Shown one piece after another: positions 40,719-54,833 of a stretch of 64,000 nucleotides of DNA. How positions within the stretch are numbered: position 1 is the stretch's first letter; every line of letters begins with the position of its first letter. Location of the stretch: assembly GCF_006345805.1 (NCBI RefSeq), contig NC_043003.1, positions 74,586,001 to 74,650,000 of the forward strand, given 5' to 3'. The notes under the pieces are model-generated. The model saw nothing but the letters and a program-made list of their open reading frames with translations. It made no database searches and was not told the origin of the DNA. The position numbers and the translations under genes are program-made. The stretch comes from Octopus sinensis (lineage: Eukaryota).

Positions 40719-43700
40719 GTAAGTACCGTCGCTGCAACGCGTGTCTCCGCTTAAGCAGACAATAGACAGATGAGGGAGGCGATACAAAGACAGACGTAAA
40801 ATGTGGATATTTACATATACCTGCCTTTACGTATAAGTGGATTATTAAGAAACGTACACATGATACGCAGCGTTAATAGGATGATAATGTGATCATCCTG
40901 ATACAAGAGGATTTAAAGGCAACCAAGGAATCTCACATATCACAAGTTACCCTATTTACAAGAAACACCGAGAAAGTGTTTATCTTTTCGTAAATGTAAG
41001 TCCACAAGCGCGTGCTTAGAGTTTTCTTTATTAATTAGAATGGTTGTGAAGACAGTATGATAAGTGTTGCTTTTCATAAAGATGTTTAAGAAAAGGAAAT
41101 AACAATAAGAATAAACAGAAACAATCAAAAAGAAAATTGTACGCACACCTTTGCAGCTTTTCGCCAACTACCGTAATCTGATTCCAAAAAGCAACTCAAT
41201 GCAGGCAATTTACTCGGAAAAAGCTCGCCGCATTCATCCATCTTTCAAACAATATTCTTGAAGGCGCACTTCTTCTGTACCATTACTCCCCTATTCCGAG
41301 GAAGAAGTCATAAAGAATTTTACCAAATAGGAAGGTGTCTTTCAGTCTCATCCACCTCACAACCTGTTTAGCCACGACAAACATTCAGATAAAATCCGCC
41401 AGTCCTACACGGACGAAAAGAAAGAAGATGAACGGATTGTCCATCTTTAAAATGGACTAAGCTGGTTGCGGAACCTGTTGAGAAATCTCAAAGTCGAAAA
41501 AACATGAAGTTGGAACTGCTGCCACTTGATGTGCGAAACACCTTAAGAATGAGCGAAAAGAAAACTGATAAAGGAGTCAAGTGTCATAGTGGAGATGGGA
41601 GAGATTTCGTTAGCTCCAAAGAGCATTAAGTATTGTATTTCAGTAGTAAGCAGGGTAAGGAAGTGTTTATAATCCATTCAAGTGTAACATCTGATTCAGT
41701 TCAGTGCTCTTAATTTGGATGCTGTTTAGAGTGTTTAACTATAGAAACAGCAATATACCAGATTTGTCTATTTGTCGATCATTTCAGAGTTTATCAGAAC
41801 GATAAATTTTGCACGAAATTTCAGTTACTAGTCTAAATTAGTTTGCTCTAAAACCTAAGAAATTGGTGATACAATTAGCCTTATCGGTTGAAATTATTCT
41901 CTGCGCAGAATATAAACCGCTTACTCAAATGAAGTTAATTTTAAGAAGCTGCAGACAATGTATATCGAAGTATAGATGCACATTGCGTATAACTATGAAC
42001 TGATACTCCTAATATATGAGAAAAATTATTATGGTGAACATTTCTACCATTTAGTGAACCTTGTTGTGTGAGTCTATGTGTATATCTACATGTTAGCTAC
42101 ATGCACTTATTTTTGAACTAAACAACATCTAAATTAATGCCACTCATAGATAAAGCATACATATACATTTGTGTGTATCAAATTATGCCCAAATGTATTC
42201 ACTTCTTGCAAATGTGTTCCGATGCTTTCTTCCGCCATACACTACCCGAATCTAAATCTATTAATGTATTGCGTTCTTTGTATTTTCACTAGTATTGTGG
42301 TGTTTCTATAGCTAAAACAATCATTGATTGTACAGCTATTATTAACGATAGTAATACTGACTGACTTACTCTGTCAAAATGTATTACACACCTCCAGTTG
42401 CAGTTGTGAACACATGACAGATGAATAAGTTAAGCATATAACTGTATTACGTGCCATAACCTGGGTATCATGGTAGCTATTAATCACAACGGTATGCGGT
42501 CGAAGTTTCTAGGTTATAAAGAAATTCCCAGTTTGCCAAATCAGTGGACTTTATGATACCTGGTATTAGATGTCTCTCATAATGTTAATATCTCTAAAAG
42601 CCCTACCAATAGTAATAAATTACATAAAAAATACTCTTTCTCCCATGTCATACTTCATTGAACACAGCGTTGATGAGAGAAATCTGAACGTTACATTTCG
42701 AATAGGGAATCAAAGATATATATTGATTATAAAAATAAATATTAATAACATTAAAAGGAAACAAAAGCATGAAACCAAAATATGTTTACTCTGATTGGCA
42801 TGGTTTATGTATCAGATAAAATGTCTTTCCTGACGGCAAGAAGGAAACTAATAATATAATCAAGCGAAAAACATGGAGCTTTATAAACTGTATTGGAGGA
42901 GAGATATCAGGTCTATACAAGTAACCAAAGATGGCAGGTCTGTACATGTCATCTCTGGAAATGGTGGAAGATGAAACAATAAATAAATTATAAATAATAC
43001 TGATAATAAATCAATAAACGAAAAATAGAAAGGTAAAAGAACAAAAACATGAAACATGGCACGTTATGGACAATATTTCATTGATTGTTCTCCAGAGTCT
43101 AATTGAATATATTAACTCATACACACACTGCATATGCATACGTTATATAAAAACATAATAAAAGAATGGTTACGATAGTAAAGCCCTTGTTTGTAGAGTT
43201 GTTGAAAGAAACTAGCTGTGGAGAGTCATCAGCAATAACCATATCAAGAAATATGTACCTGGGACTTATTTTGTTTCTGTTGCTTTTATTTAGCTCTAGT
43301 TCAGTCCCGAGCAATAAGGCCTTTGATAAAACACTTTTCTGCTGTAATCATGCTGCCTCTTTAGGAATATGTAGGACTATATTTCGTTTATCAGTAATAC
43401 ATCATGTGAGGCACTACATTAGCGGCTGTTTCTAGCAGTCCCTGTGACTCTGTGATTCCCTTGAATAGGCATATAGAAAAAAAGTTAAATGGAATAGTAA
43501 TAGCTAGACAACTTAGTATGATTGATATGTTATCGCTAATATTCTGCAGGGTTGTGGTACAGAAGCCTTAGTACCCATGGCACATCGTATAATAAATTGC
43601 TCTGAACGACAAATAGACACTAACAGTTTTCTGTTATGAGCCAGTAATAGGATGCTTGCATTGTTGATCAATTTAGTTTATTCTATCCACGCCTCTTAAC

Positions 43701-45224
43701 ATTTTCAAATATCTGTAGGCAGCGTAAAATAATTGAAGTGATTTTCACAAATAATTGAAAGCGATTTGCTCATTAATTTTTCGATCAGTTTCCCCTCGGC
43801 GCCAGCGAAAAGTAATCACCTACTGCAATGCGATTTGAAACTTTGGCATAATGTCACAAATTGTCTAAAAGTGGAATCTAATCGATGTAAAAGACAGTTT
43901 CCGCAGCACACCACTAATATTTGTTTAATCGACTTAGAAGTATAACATCACTGACCACGCAGGGATATGAAATCGGAAACTACACAGACACAACTAAAGA
44001 AGAAATATTATAATGGAAACAAAGCCATATTTAATTACATTTTAAAAACCGTTTTGCAAAGATTTTGACCTCAAACAGTGAATTGAATCCGATAAGGTTA
44101 TATAGCTGGGATAACCACAAAAGTGTCTGCAACATTAATAGGTACGATAAGGTTGGTGAAAGGTAACATGAAAGGGCAATGGAATGAAAGCACATTGCAG
44201 CTTTCGTTAAAATATATCTTTAAAAAAAATGTAAAAATGCAGTAGTTTTAGAATACCTTATTTGGATCCTCTTGGACTCCTGCTACTTTATATTGGGTGT
44301 TATTGAAATATTGTGCTACAGGTTGTCAAATTTCTTTTATTCTAATTTTTGATAGTCAGTGATATTTGTATTTGCGTTTTCGGTGACTGTAAAGCTCTCA
44401 TATGTAGAGAGACCGTGAAAATAATTACTCCGTAACCGTACTGTTTATAATTGTAAGATGACGGTCATGACGCATTGAATATAGATTTTTCTATGGAGTC
44501 GGTATTAGTGTTATATTCAATAAGTAGTTATTTCCATATTAGAAAATTATTATCGATGTGAATTTTAACTTTCATCATATATGGTGACGTAATACATTTC
44601 CCAGAAAATCCCTGACCTAGCAGTGCCTCTGATTAGTACTGTTAGTGCAAGATAAATTCTACAGGCACATAACGATCGTTATGACTTATTCTTTGGTATG
44701 CAACATTTGAGTTCAATTATCATTATTTGTATGCTTACTTTTTACATGTATGTTGATGTTTCGAGAATTGATTTGTGGATCGGGTACAAGTATTTGGATT
44801 GTATATTCCCAAACACCGTTTGATGCTTTTCTAAGGCTGTTGACACTAACGGAAGTAGTGATCGTGCCTAAGGTGTCGAAATCCGATGATATCCGTTAAG
44901 TAGCTGATGGGGGAATTCCCCCCGTTTTGTTAAATTACATTTCCTTCTGTTGCTATGTTTGCTAGTAGACAGAGTCGCTTGTCGTGTTTTCGTTTTGTCG
45001 TGCTTACGTGATATTTGTACTGTATGTGTGTGAGTGTTTCTCTGGGATTATACGAATGGTTAGGATATTTCTGATGCTAGGTGGTGACAGTCTATAAGAT
45101 TTGGAAATCATGCATAGAGTCTTCAAATTCAGTTTAGCATATTATCGTCAATAAACACTGTATGGCATAATATATATATATGCGTATGAGTGTGTGTACA
45201 TATGTGTGTGTTTGCGTGTGAAGA

Positions 45225-45520
45225 TGTATGGTCTACTAGTTAGGGCTTCTCACTCACGATCGTTAGATGGTGGGTTCGATTCGTGGACCGGGTGGTGCGT
45301 TGTGTTCTTGAACAAACACTTAATTTCAAGTTGCTCCAGTCCCCCTTTCAATCAAGAGTGAATGCTTGCTTGTTCGCGTAGCCATAGGTTGGCATCATTC
45401 CAGGGCTAAAATGTTGCGCTCGCATTGCGGCCAGCAATGTGCAACAACATCTGGAAGTATGATTGTCTGGTCGGTCACGGGATTACGTCGTCACATGATT
45501 TGTTTTATTGTATGTATCTA
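45225..45520 (+). mobile_element. SINE family C-like copy
   Basis: tRNA-like head (tagttagggc...gtgggttcgattc), then ttgtgttcttgaacaaacacttaatttcaagttgctccagtcc core; the 3' part differs from 8115-8430. Confidence 0.7.
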
Positions 45521-45569
45521 TATGTGGGTACATATATGCCTATCCGTATATTCACTTATTGATTTATCT

Positions 45570-45712
45570 TTTATCTTTTACATGCTTCAATCAGTTGACT
45601 GTGGTCATGCTGGGGCAACACCTTGAGTAATTTAGTCAAAGGAATCTAACTCAGTACCCCATATTTTTAGAGCTGATAATTCGATTGGGATTTTCTTCCG
45701 CATCGGTAAGTT
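45570..45712 (-). mobile_element. SINE family A, 3' fragment
   Basis: tgcttcaatcagttgactgtggtcatgctggggcaacacc..., the family A tail. Confidence 0.78.
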
Positions 45713-45740
45713 ATATATATGTATATATATATATATATAA

Positions 45741-45819
<79 letters not shown>

Positions 45820-45871
45820 GATATAGATATCTATCTATGTATGTATATATATATATGTATAAATCTATGTG

Positions 45872-45908
<37 letters not shown>

Positions 45909-45947
45909 CAGTTGATGACGTCCTGTATCCATATATGCATAAATATA

Positions 45948-46009
<62 letters not shown>

Positions 46010-46794
46010 TGTGTGTGTGTGTGCATGCCTGAATGTATGAATACGTACGATCGTTTGTATGAATTTATATAACATACAGGTTATCTCGGGAGATTATTAA
46101 CGCGTTATGAATACTTTAATCAGAATTTTCTGTATATAAGAAATAATCATAAAATCTTCAGTGGGTGGACGAATGTTGATTTACTCTGAATCATTGTATA
46201 AACAATTTATAATATGCTTCATGTTGAACCACAGAACATATTAAAGGAAAGAAAATGTAAAACTTTACAATTTTCTTTTTCTCGGAAGTAGATTGTTTTT
46301 TTCTGTGAAATGTCCTATAACTTATGTAATTACTTTAAATATACGTTTCGTTCGCATTATCAAATTTGTCAACGTTCTCTTGCAGGGGTCGGAGATATAT
46401 AATAAGCTTAACTCTTATTTAATTTTTTCTTCTTTAAAGTTGCACTAAAAGTATAATTGCATGTATATCCACCTTGGGAGAAAATTACAACTGCAAAAAA
46501 TCACTCCTTTTGATATTATATGAAAATGCCATAGTCTGTGACCTTTTCTATAAATACACAAGTCTGTAGTCGTAATTTTAGCTACTACAGTAGAACACTG
46601 TATTTTAACACACGGATCATAGATTCAGACATACATGGATACCGGCATTTATATACATATATATATATATATATACACACGCACACACACAGAGACACAC
46701 ACACATACCCGTACATATTTCTCTTCACTTTTGATATCAAGAGTTTATATGCAGTAATCCCTCACAACGAAGGAATTTCTTGCACTGAAACATT

Positions 46795-48890
46795 TCCTCG
46801 ACCTTCGACTTAACCACTTCCCACAACCTGACACTTCCATACTGCTTCGTCTGGCCGAATATGTTCTCTCCCTCAACCGCTTCTCGTTCAAGGGATATTT
46901 TTACCAACATGATCGAGGGAATGGCCGTTCGTTGGCTACGTTGTGGCCCAAATATTCTCACAGTAAACTGGTGCCACACCCAAACTCTACGATAGTTATA
47001 TCAATGACTATATCGGCTCGACATCACTCTCCCGTGAACAACTGCACGCCTTCCACTCTTTTGTCCATCTTGACCTCGAATTCTCCTGCACTACTTCTAA
47101 CTCTTCCGTCAAATTTGTCAGTATACACCACTTCACTATCATTACCTCCACCCAATACAAACACACTAACTCACACTCCTACCTTAAATTTCCCTCTTCC
47201 CACCCTACCTACACCAAACTCTCCATCTCCTACTCCCACTTTCTTCGACTGCGCAGGCTCTGCAGTGACAACCGTGACTTTGAGACTTAGTCACAACTTA
47301 TGACTCACCACATCATCTTACGTGGATATCCCCTTACCACTAGCCACACAACCATTGCCAGGGCATGATGCATAGGTCGTGCCTCTACTCTTTTTCCCCG
47401 CACTTGACCCGCCGTTGCATGTTTCCCGTTTCCCATAACCTACCACTATTCCATCCTGCACATCCAACGCACTATTCCCTGAGCCCTCCGGCTACTGCAG
47501 TCCTATCCCTCTATCTCGTGATCTTCTCTGACCTACCCCTTCCCTCCTTCAAATGAGCACGTAACCTGCGTGACTTCCTGGTCACTATTTTTTCTTAACT
47601 CCACCCACACAGCCTGGCTCGTTCCCTTACACACGCGACCGCTGTCGCACCTACCCTTACCTCTCCAACACCACCATCCCCACAGGCATCCTTCATCATC
47701 CCTATCACATTACCAACTCCTTTATCTGCACTTCTAGTACCGTCATTTCCTGCGTCTCCCGCTCACTTTCTACCCTTCCCTGTACATCGGTCAAATGGAA
47801 TGCCGCTTGCCCGACCGGTTTGCGGGGTACCTCCGAGACATCAGACTCGGTAATGACACCCCGAATTCGCGCCACTTCCGCTCTACCAGTCATTCGCTAC
47901 AACATATGTGTTTGGAATATCCTGGTACAGGGGCCATCCGGACTACCGACTTCAACGTGAACGGGAACTAATCTACTATCCAAGCTCCTTTGCGCCAACC
48001 ATGGTCTCAAGTCACCTCCCCTTTCTTCTGACACCTACGTCATCTCCTCTCTCCAATGATACCACCCGTCACCATTCTACGCACAATAGCATTGCCGACT
48101 TCCCAGCACCCACACCACACACAATCATCCATACATCCATACACAATTTTCAATAGCATCACCACACATACCACACTATGAGTAACCAAAAACAGTGCTT
48201 GACTCAGTACGCACACCACAAACCACCATCACAGTCCCATACCCACACAGAGATTTAATACCTGAACACAGGCAATATATACTCCCACAACCACACAAGT
48301 ACATAACATCTGAACACAGGCTATATATACATACACACGCAACACGCATTAACACACACAACATACATAGACAAAGATAACATACACCATACACATGCAC
48401 ACTGTCTGATCTAGATACACACACACGTATACACATCACGTTAGAAAACACCCATCAACTCCTACACACAACACACACACGTTACAGACGCATACACTTC
48501 CACACGTACACACACGTCAGAGTGACTAGACCGTATTGACACATACACATACACACACACCAATCAGACATACGCACACACTCACGCGAACCTTCTTTTG
48601 GAATCACCAGCACTTTATTATCTCCCTTTCTTTCAACCACATTTTTAAATTATTATCTTTCTTTCAAACATTTTTGTTGTAAACAATCGCCATACTGCAC
48701 CGTTGAAAGCTACATGTTTTTGCCATTCTCTCTCTATTTATTTTCTCGTATACCGTTCTCTTAGAGAGCGTAGACTTGTAAAGTAAAAGACATTTTCACT
48801 TACCCGAGCGTCAAACTAATACACTTGTTTGTTGTTCATACAGCTGTCTTCGTCTTTTGCTTTTCTATAAATTTCATTATGAGTATCATA
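46795..48890 (+). mobile_element. Penelope-like retroelement (RT C-terminal part + GIY-YIG endonuclease + 3' end), 5'-truncated and degenerate
   Basis: LLRLAEYVLSLNRFSFKGYFYQ; YINDYIG (RT YxDD variant); YKHTNSHSYLKFPSSHP.YTKLSISYSHFLRLRRLCSDNRDFE; RNLRDFLV; FICTSSTVI.C...PSLYIGQ...RLPDRF..YLRDIRLGNDTP.SRHF (GIY-YIG); LQRERELIY. The 3' sequence is shared with 11370-11445. Confidence 0.93.
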
Positions 48891-49055
48891 TTTTCGTATA
48901 TATATATATGTATGCATATATGTGTATGTATATATGTGTGTGTGGAGACAGATGGAGAGAGAGCGAAATAGATAGAAAGAAGCTTGAGCGAGAGGCATTC
49001 ATGTGTTTGCATGAATATCTGTGTGCGCGTGTGTAAGAGTGTGAGTGTGTGTGTT

Positions 49056-49225
49056 GGTGCAGGCGTACATGTGTGGTAACAATTTTGCTTCCCAACCACA
49101 TGATTCCGGGTGCAATCCCATTGCGTGGCACGTTGGATAACTGTATAAAGGTCTTCTACTATAGCCTCGGGCCGACCAAGTCGTTTTGAGTGGATTTGGT
49201 AGACGGAAACTAAAAGAAGCCCGTC

Positions 49226-49265
<40 letters not shown>

Positions 49266-49418
49266 TTATGTAGTTGTGTCTTTTTGTTGTTGTTTATCCC
49301 CTGACCAACGTTATTGGTGAATCTATGTCCTCGTAACTTAGCGATTCGTGAAAAAGGAACGATAGAATAATTACTTGGCTTACAAAGACTAACTCCTAGG
49401 GTTGATTTCTTCGACTGA
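49056..49418 (+). mobile_element. SINE family A copy
   Basis: ggtgcaggcgtacatgtgtggtaa...ccaaccacatgattccgggtgcaatccca.tgcgtggc...gggccgacca...gagtggatttggtagacggaaact + (TA)n + cgtaacttagcgattcg body. Confidence 0.92.
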
Positions 49419-49441
49419 AGAGAGAGAGAGAGATATATATG

Positions 49442-49476
<35 letters not shown>

Positions 49477-50687
49477 TAATAAAGCATTTGCGTGCGCACC
49501 CGTGTGTATATAGCTAATATATATCTTACAGGTAATTTAAAAAAAAATTCAGTGAGAGATTTCTAACTCCTACAAGACTGGTGAAATTGAAACCCCGTTC
49601 CGTCATCATCTCATATTTAATTTTCCCTATATGTTGATAATGCGCACAATAGGCATACCCATTCTCACACCCGCCCACACCACATAACGCATACAACCAT
49701 GTCAAATGCTCACATAAGTTCATACTAAAACATATACACGTATGTGTATGTGCGTGAGAGAGAGGGAGAGATAGTACGATTTGTTAAATGTAATATTTTG
49801 TAGCAATATTCTCGTTCAAACATTCATTTATTTTCTTAATAAGCTAACGATTAAATTATTTTAATCCATTCTACGCATGTCATGAAGTTTAATTTAACCA
49901 TGTATGTAATTTTCTATTACACAATCAAATAAGGATTAAGCTGTTATTAGAATGCACATGCACTAAAAATTATATTACAGACGCAAGTCTTATATCAAAT
50001 ATAATATAGCTATTGTAGTAGCATGTGTTTCGTTGTTTCCTTTCTACGATTGTTTTAAAGCTGTTCAATCAATATGATTCACGTCGGAACATGCACAAAG
50101 CTTAGAAAATATATCGATAAAATAAACTAATTCTGCGAACTAGAGACAGGGGGAGGGAGAGATGATGTGCAAGTACTGAGAGAAAAGAATGAAATAGAGA
50201 GATATATCATTTGAAAGCAAAAGACAGCTATCTAACAGTGTGTACGGATAGCTTGATTTAATAATGAGAACACAACAATTACTTATTGAGAATCTATAAA
50301 AGGTCGTTATGCTTCACTGAACAATCTTGTTTAGCCAGTGAATCAGAGCAGATTACTTAAATCATTCAGATATTAAATGTAATCAGTTTGAGCTAAGATC
50401 AATTAGCCAGGTATAAACTCACTTTAACCGTTTGCATCTTTGCTGAAACGCACACAAGATACGAGAATCTCAATAGCAGAGTTATCAGCGTGTACTCCAT
50501 ATACCTTCATCCCTTGTTCGCTTGAAAAATCTATACATTTCATGGGACACGGCGGAGCTACTGCATTTCTTTTACGGTACTGTACTATCTATATAATGAT
50601 TATTAATCTGTTAGTAGTAACAACAACAACATCAGCAAAAACAGCAACAGCAGCGATAGTAATTATAATAATGATGATGATGATGAT

Positions 50688-50746
<59 letters not shown>

Positions 50747-51097
50747 TGATGATGATGATGATATTATAACGCAAAATTAGTTATATTTTGCGTTATACTT
50801 TGCATGAAACGAAATCATATAACTATCAAGAATTATTATTTCCACGATTCCAGCGAATATCGGCACTATCAATGAAGAGTTGGAATAAATGTAATAGGCT
50901 TTTTTTCATTCTGGTCCTTTACCTTTTGAGTTCACAGCCGAATGAATCTAAGTCTGCTTTATCTCCTGCCGTAGTCGATAAATTTAATTATCACTTATGG
51001 TCTTAAGGTAATTTAATTTCTGTTCCTTTGCGACTTGTTTCTCTGTTTAAAACTTATTATTATTATTATTATTATATTATTATTATTATTATTATTA

Positions 51098-51133
<36 letters not shown>

Positions 51134-51304
51134 CATCATCATTATTATTGCTGATGTTGTTTTTGTAGTTGTTGATGACTTTTTTTGTAGTTAAACTTAT
51201 TTCAGAAATTTTGTTAGTTTTTGTTCACTTCCTTTCCAAAGAGTTGCATCGTTTTATCTTACTGTTAAACCGGCGAGAACCGTAACGGCCTGGTCGTTAC
51301 TCAC

Positions 51305-51386
51305 CCACGGGAAAAAATGTGAAAGAACAAGTATATATTTCTGGTCAAACCATTAATCTAAAAATGGCTTAAACTCAATCGTTTCA
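51305..51386 (-). other. Candidate non-coding/UTR exon
   Basis: Minus strand ccctccatcttcttctcttacag|TGAAAC...CCCGTGG|gtgagt; strong sites, but stops in all three frames. Confidence 0.22.
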
Positions 51387-52469
51387 CTGTAAGAGAAGAA
51401 GATGGAGGGAATCTTTTTAATGTTAAAGTGTTGTTTGTAGTCAAGGTTACACATCACAATACTTTTAGCCTTATTAATTAGCAACATTAATAGCAGGAGC
51501 ATGATAGTAACAACAAGATTAAAATAAAACAAGGAAAACAACAATGCAAACAACAGCAACAGTAACAGCAGCAACATCAGTAAAAACAATAACAGCAACA
51601 ATAACAATAAACATGATTGCAAAAACAAATGCAGCATTAAAAGAGTGAGGATATATGAAACAGGCTTGCAGATAGCAGCAGGGAAATTGCTACTGTTTGC
51701 CACGGAATATCCAGGGGCAGAGACACGCGTTGCCACAATAAACATATCACTACAGACAGACACTGGTAGCGAAAATGGAACCATAATCGCAAATTTTTTG
51801 TCAGAAATCCTGGACCAGAAGTCCTTTACCATCCGATATTGAAGCGAGAAATCTGTTCAGAATCCACTTTATACTGGCGGATTAATAATTAGTTTAATAT
51901 TGCCAACATACTACCAAAACGACATTTCGGCTGGGTGGTAAGATGTATGGAACTCATGTATCCTAACAACCCACTTGATACCAAATGTTTCCGAAAGGTA
52001 ATTAGTTTCAGATGAGGTTCCAGAACGTGTGTCAAGTGAAAAGTGAGAGACTGGACATCATTTTCAATGTAACAGAGATGCTAGGAGTCAGTGGCTGGCC
52101 ATCGAGAAGATCATCATGCAAATCTCTTTGACCGAGGTTGCCAGGTAGTTTTTGTTTGTCTGGTGGCCATAGGGAAACAAATTATGTGGTAGAGAAAATT
52201 GAAAGAGGTGGATGAGAATAGCAAACATGGACCAAGTGAGAGTGCATGCATTGACCATGAGCTTTTAAAAATTGAAAGGGGTGATTAACAGAAGGCGTTA
52301 ACTTCAGTGGTCAAGGAAACCTTGCTTTTAAAAGGTTCCTAAAAGTAGCCTTCCGATGTCTTCCTTTGGGGGATATTTGTTTATATTTTATTTTAACATT
52401 TTCCTTGCAGTGTCCACGTTACTCGAGTGAGCTTTAGTAACTATCAAATCTTTATTTCATTATTTTATC

Positions 52470-52590
52470 ATCACCACCACCACCACCACTACCACCACTT
52501 CCACCACTTCCACCACCACCACCACCACCACCACCACCACCACCACCACCACAATCACCACCACCACCACAATCACCACCACCATCATCA
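52470..52590. repeat. (CAC)n microsatellite
   Basis: Directly visible; source of the poly-H and poly-V ORFs. Confidence 0.96.
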
Positions 52591-53056
52591 TTATTATTTT
52601 TACTTTCCGCTCTGATTTCAAATCGCCTGACGACACTCTCAGCTTTTTCTTAGGAATAGACTTATGCAATAAGTAAAGAATCAGTTAATAACTATATAGA
52701 TTTAATAGCGTATACTTTTCTTCTAGAAATGACCTTGTGCATCAGTTAATAATAATTCTATTTATTAAGATACGTTCATAATGAATCAAGTTCAATGCTA
52801 ACAAGTTCACTCAATATGCTCAATTTACAAGCAGTAGTGTGTTTATTATATGTAGCACTAAACACAAATTCAATCAGTCACATAACATAATAGAGCTGAA
52901 TACCGGAAAATTAAATACTCAATGGTCCTAATTAGCGAGACGGTTTCGATTAGATTTGGAAGCCATTTCACTTTAAGCTATGACTAATAATTATAACACC
53001 GAATTCCAATGTTCCCGATGTTTGAGGAAAATAGTAATTTCTAACGTAGGCAGTAT

Positions 53057-53221
53057 ACTCTTTTACTCTTTTACTTGTTTCAGTCATTTGACTGCGGCCA
53101 TGCTGGAGCACCGCCTTTAGTCGAGCAATCGACCCCGGGACTTATTCTTTGTAAGCCCAGTACTTATTCTATCAAACACAGACACACAAACACAGGCACA
53201 CAAACACAGACACACACAAAC

Positions 53222-53263
<42 letters not shown>

Positions 53264-53424
53264 GATAGGCTTCTCTCAGTTTCCGTCTACCAAATCCACT
53301 CACAAGGCATTGGTCGGCCCGGGGCTATAGCAGAAGACACTTCCCAAGATGCCACGCAGTGGGACTGAACGCGGAACCATGTGGTTGGTTAGCAAGCTAC
53401 TTACCACACAGCCACTCCTGCGCC
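53057..53424 (-). mobile_element. SINE family A, young copy with internal deletion
   Basis: Reverse complement: ggcgcaggagtggctgtgtggtaagtagc (A box)...ggttccgcgttcagtccc (B-box-like)...(TA)(TG)...ctgaaacaagtaaaagagtaaaagag. Lacks the gccgaaccgctaag...tgtcaagcg segment present at 820-875 and 5705-5750. Confidence 0.96.
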
Positions 53425-53651
53425 TATATATGTTACATATTTTGTGATGGAGGTGTTGTTGAATTAATAAATTTCAAATATTTCACCTGTTTTGATGTCT
53501 AGTTGAAGAATAGATAGTGTTTGACAAACAATCTTGTTCTAGATTTTCTGTGCGCATTCAGAGTTCAAGTTTCACTCGTAATCACGTTCGACCTCTATGT
53601 TCCAGATGGCTGATGAATACAAAATCAATTAACTAATTATATGTGTCTTCT

Positions 53652-53833
53652 AAGGCGTCGTCTTGGCAGAATTGTTAGTAATCTGGGAAAAATGCTCTGA
53701 GGTATTTCGCATGACCTTAGGTTCTAAGTGCAAATTCCACAGAGGTCGACTTGGCCCTTCATCTTTTCGCGGTCGTTGTATACGATTAGTCCCCTCACAC
53801 GAAACTACTGGCTTTGTGAAAACATTTTAAACC
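53652..53833 (+). mobile_element. SINE family B followed by (CTT)n tail (to ~53950)
   Basis: ggcgtcgtcttggcagaattgttag...aagtgcaaattccacagaggtcgacttggcccttcatc...ttttaaacc, then cttcttctt. Confidence 0.85.
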
Positions 53834-53834
53834 A

Positions 53835-53865
<31 letters not shown>

Positions 53866-54574
53866 CTTCTTCTCTTCTTCTTCTTCTTCTTCTTCTTCTT
53901 CTTCTTCTTCTTCTTCTTCTTCTTCTTCTTCTTCTTCTTCTCTTTTCTCTTCATCTTACAATCGGCTGAACATGCGTAAAGAACAAAAAGAGAAAAAAAA
54001 AAACATCCACAGCGCAGTCTACCGCCAAATGTCAGTGGACTCTTGAGAGAATATCTAGCCTACAACGAAAATCGTAAAAAGAACAAAAAAAAAAGAAAAC
54101 AATGATGCCATGTGTATAAGACTGATGCACTTTATGGCACAGAGCAGTTCACAAAATACGAGGATGAGGAAAGCTGATTCTGAATGCCTCAGAATATGAA
54201 TTTTATGCGTAATTACATTTTCTCACGTGCTATATAAATTCTAAAATACAGGTCTCTTTACAATATTAACGATTGCTAAAAGAGAGTACAAGAGTAAAAA
54301 TGTTGTGAAAGGTACACTATCGATTATATTGATCCCCCATATAGTGCATGTCGATCTGAGATGACGACAGCTAGATTCGACCTTTACTGAAATTCCTTCC
54401 TTTTCTCAGATGTTTTATCGATGCTGCTATTCTCTGTATTTTATATTATCTGATAAAACCTGGCATAATTCTAACCTAAGAAAAACAGCCTTTTCTTTTG
54501 ATTCCTTATAATTCTAGCATACACATACCTACCTACATACATACATACATATATAGATATATATATATATATAC

Positions 54575-54649
<75 letters not shown>

Positions 54650-54790
54650 ATATATTGGCAGGGCTGGCCTGCCAATATACACATATATTTGAATTTTCTC
54701 TGACTCCTCAGATTTTTTGAATGCTGGACTACTGGTTTTAAATTGATATTAAAATTAATATTAATTTATCTCCCTCAATTTTTAAATTAT

Positions 54791-54833
<43 letters not shown>

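Noticed and set aside
41150-41620. Possible 3' end of a CR1/L2 LINE on the minus strand
   Set aside because: Only faint resemblance (HQVAAV, CRT, FF.R) with inconsistent spacing; not supportable without a search.
46074-46400. TACAGGTTATCTC as a mariner-like TIR
   Set aside because: No partner TIR or transposase motifs found nearby.
48755-48790. Hammerhead expected at the Penelope 3' end (GAGC-GTAG-ACTT-GTAAAG)
   Set aside because: Both catalytic boxes and stem II are too degenerate in this copy to support a call.
50900-51010. Apparent plus-strand exon ending TTAAG|gtaatt
   Set aside because: The sequence is a degenerate family B SINE fragment.
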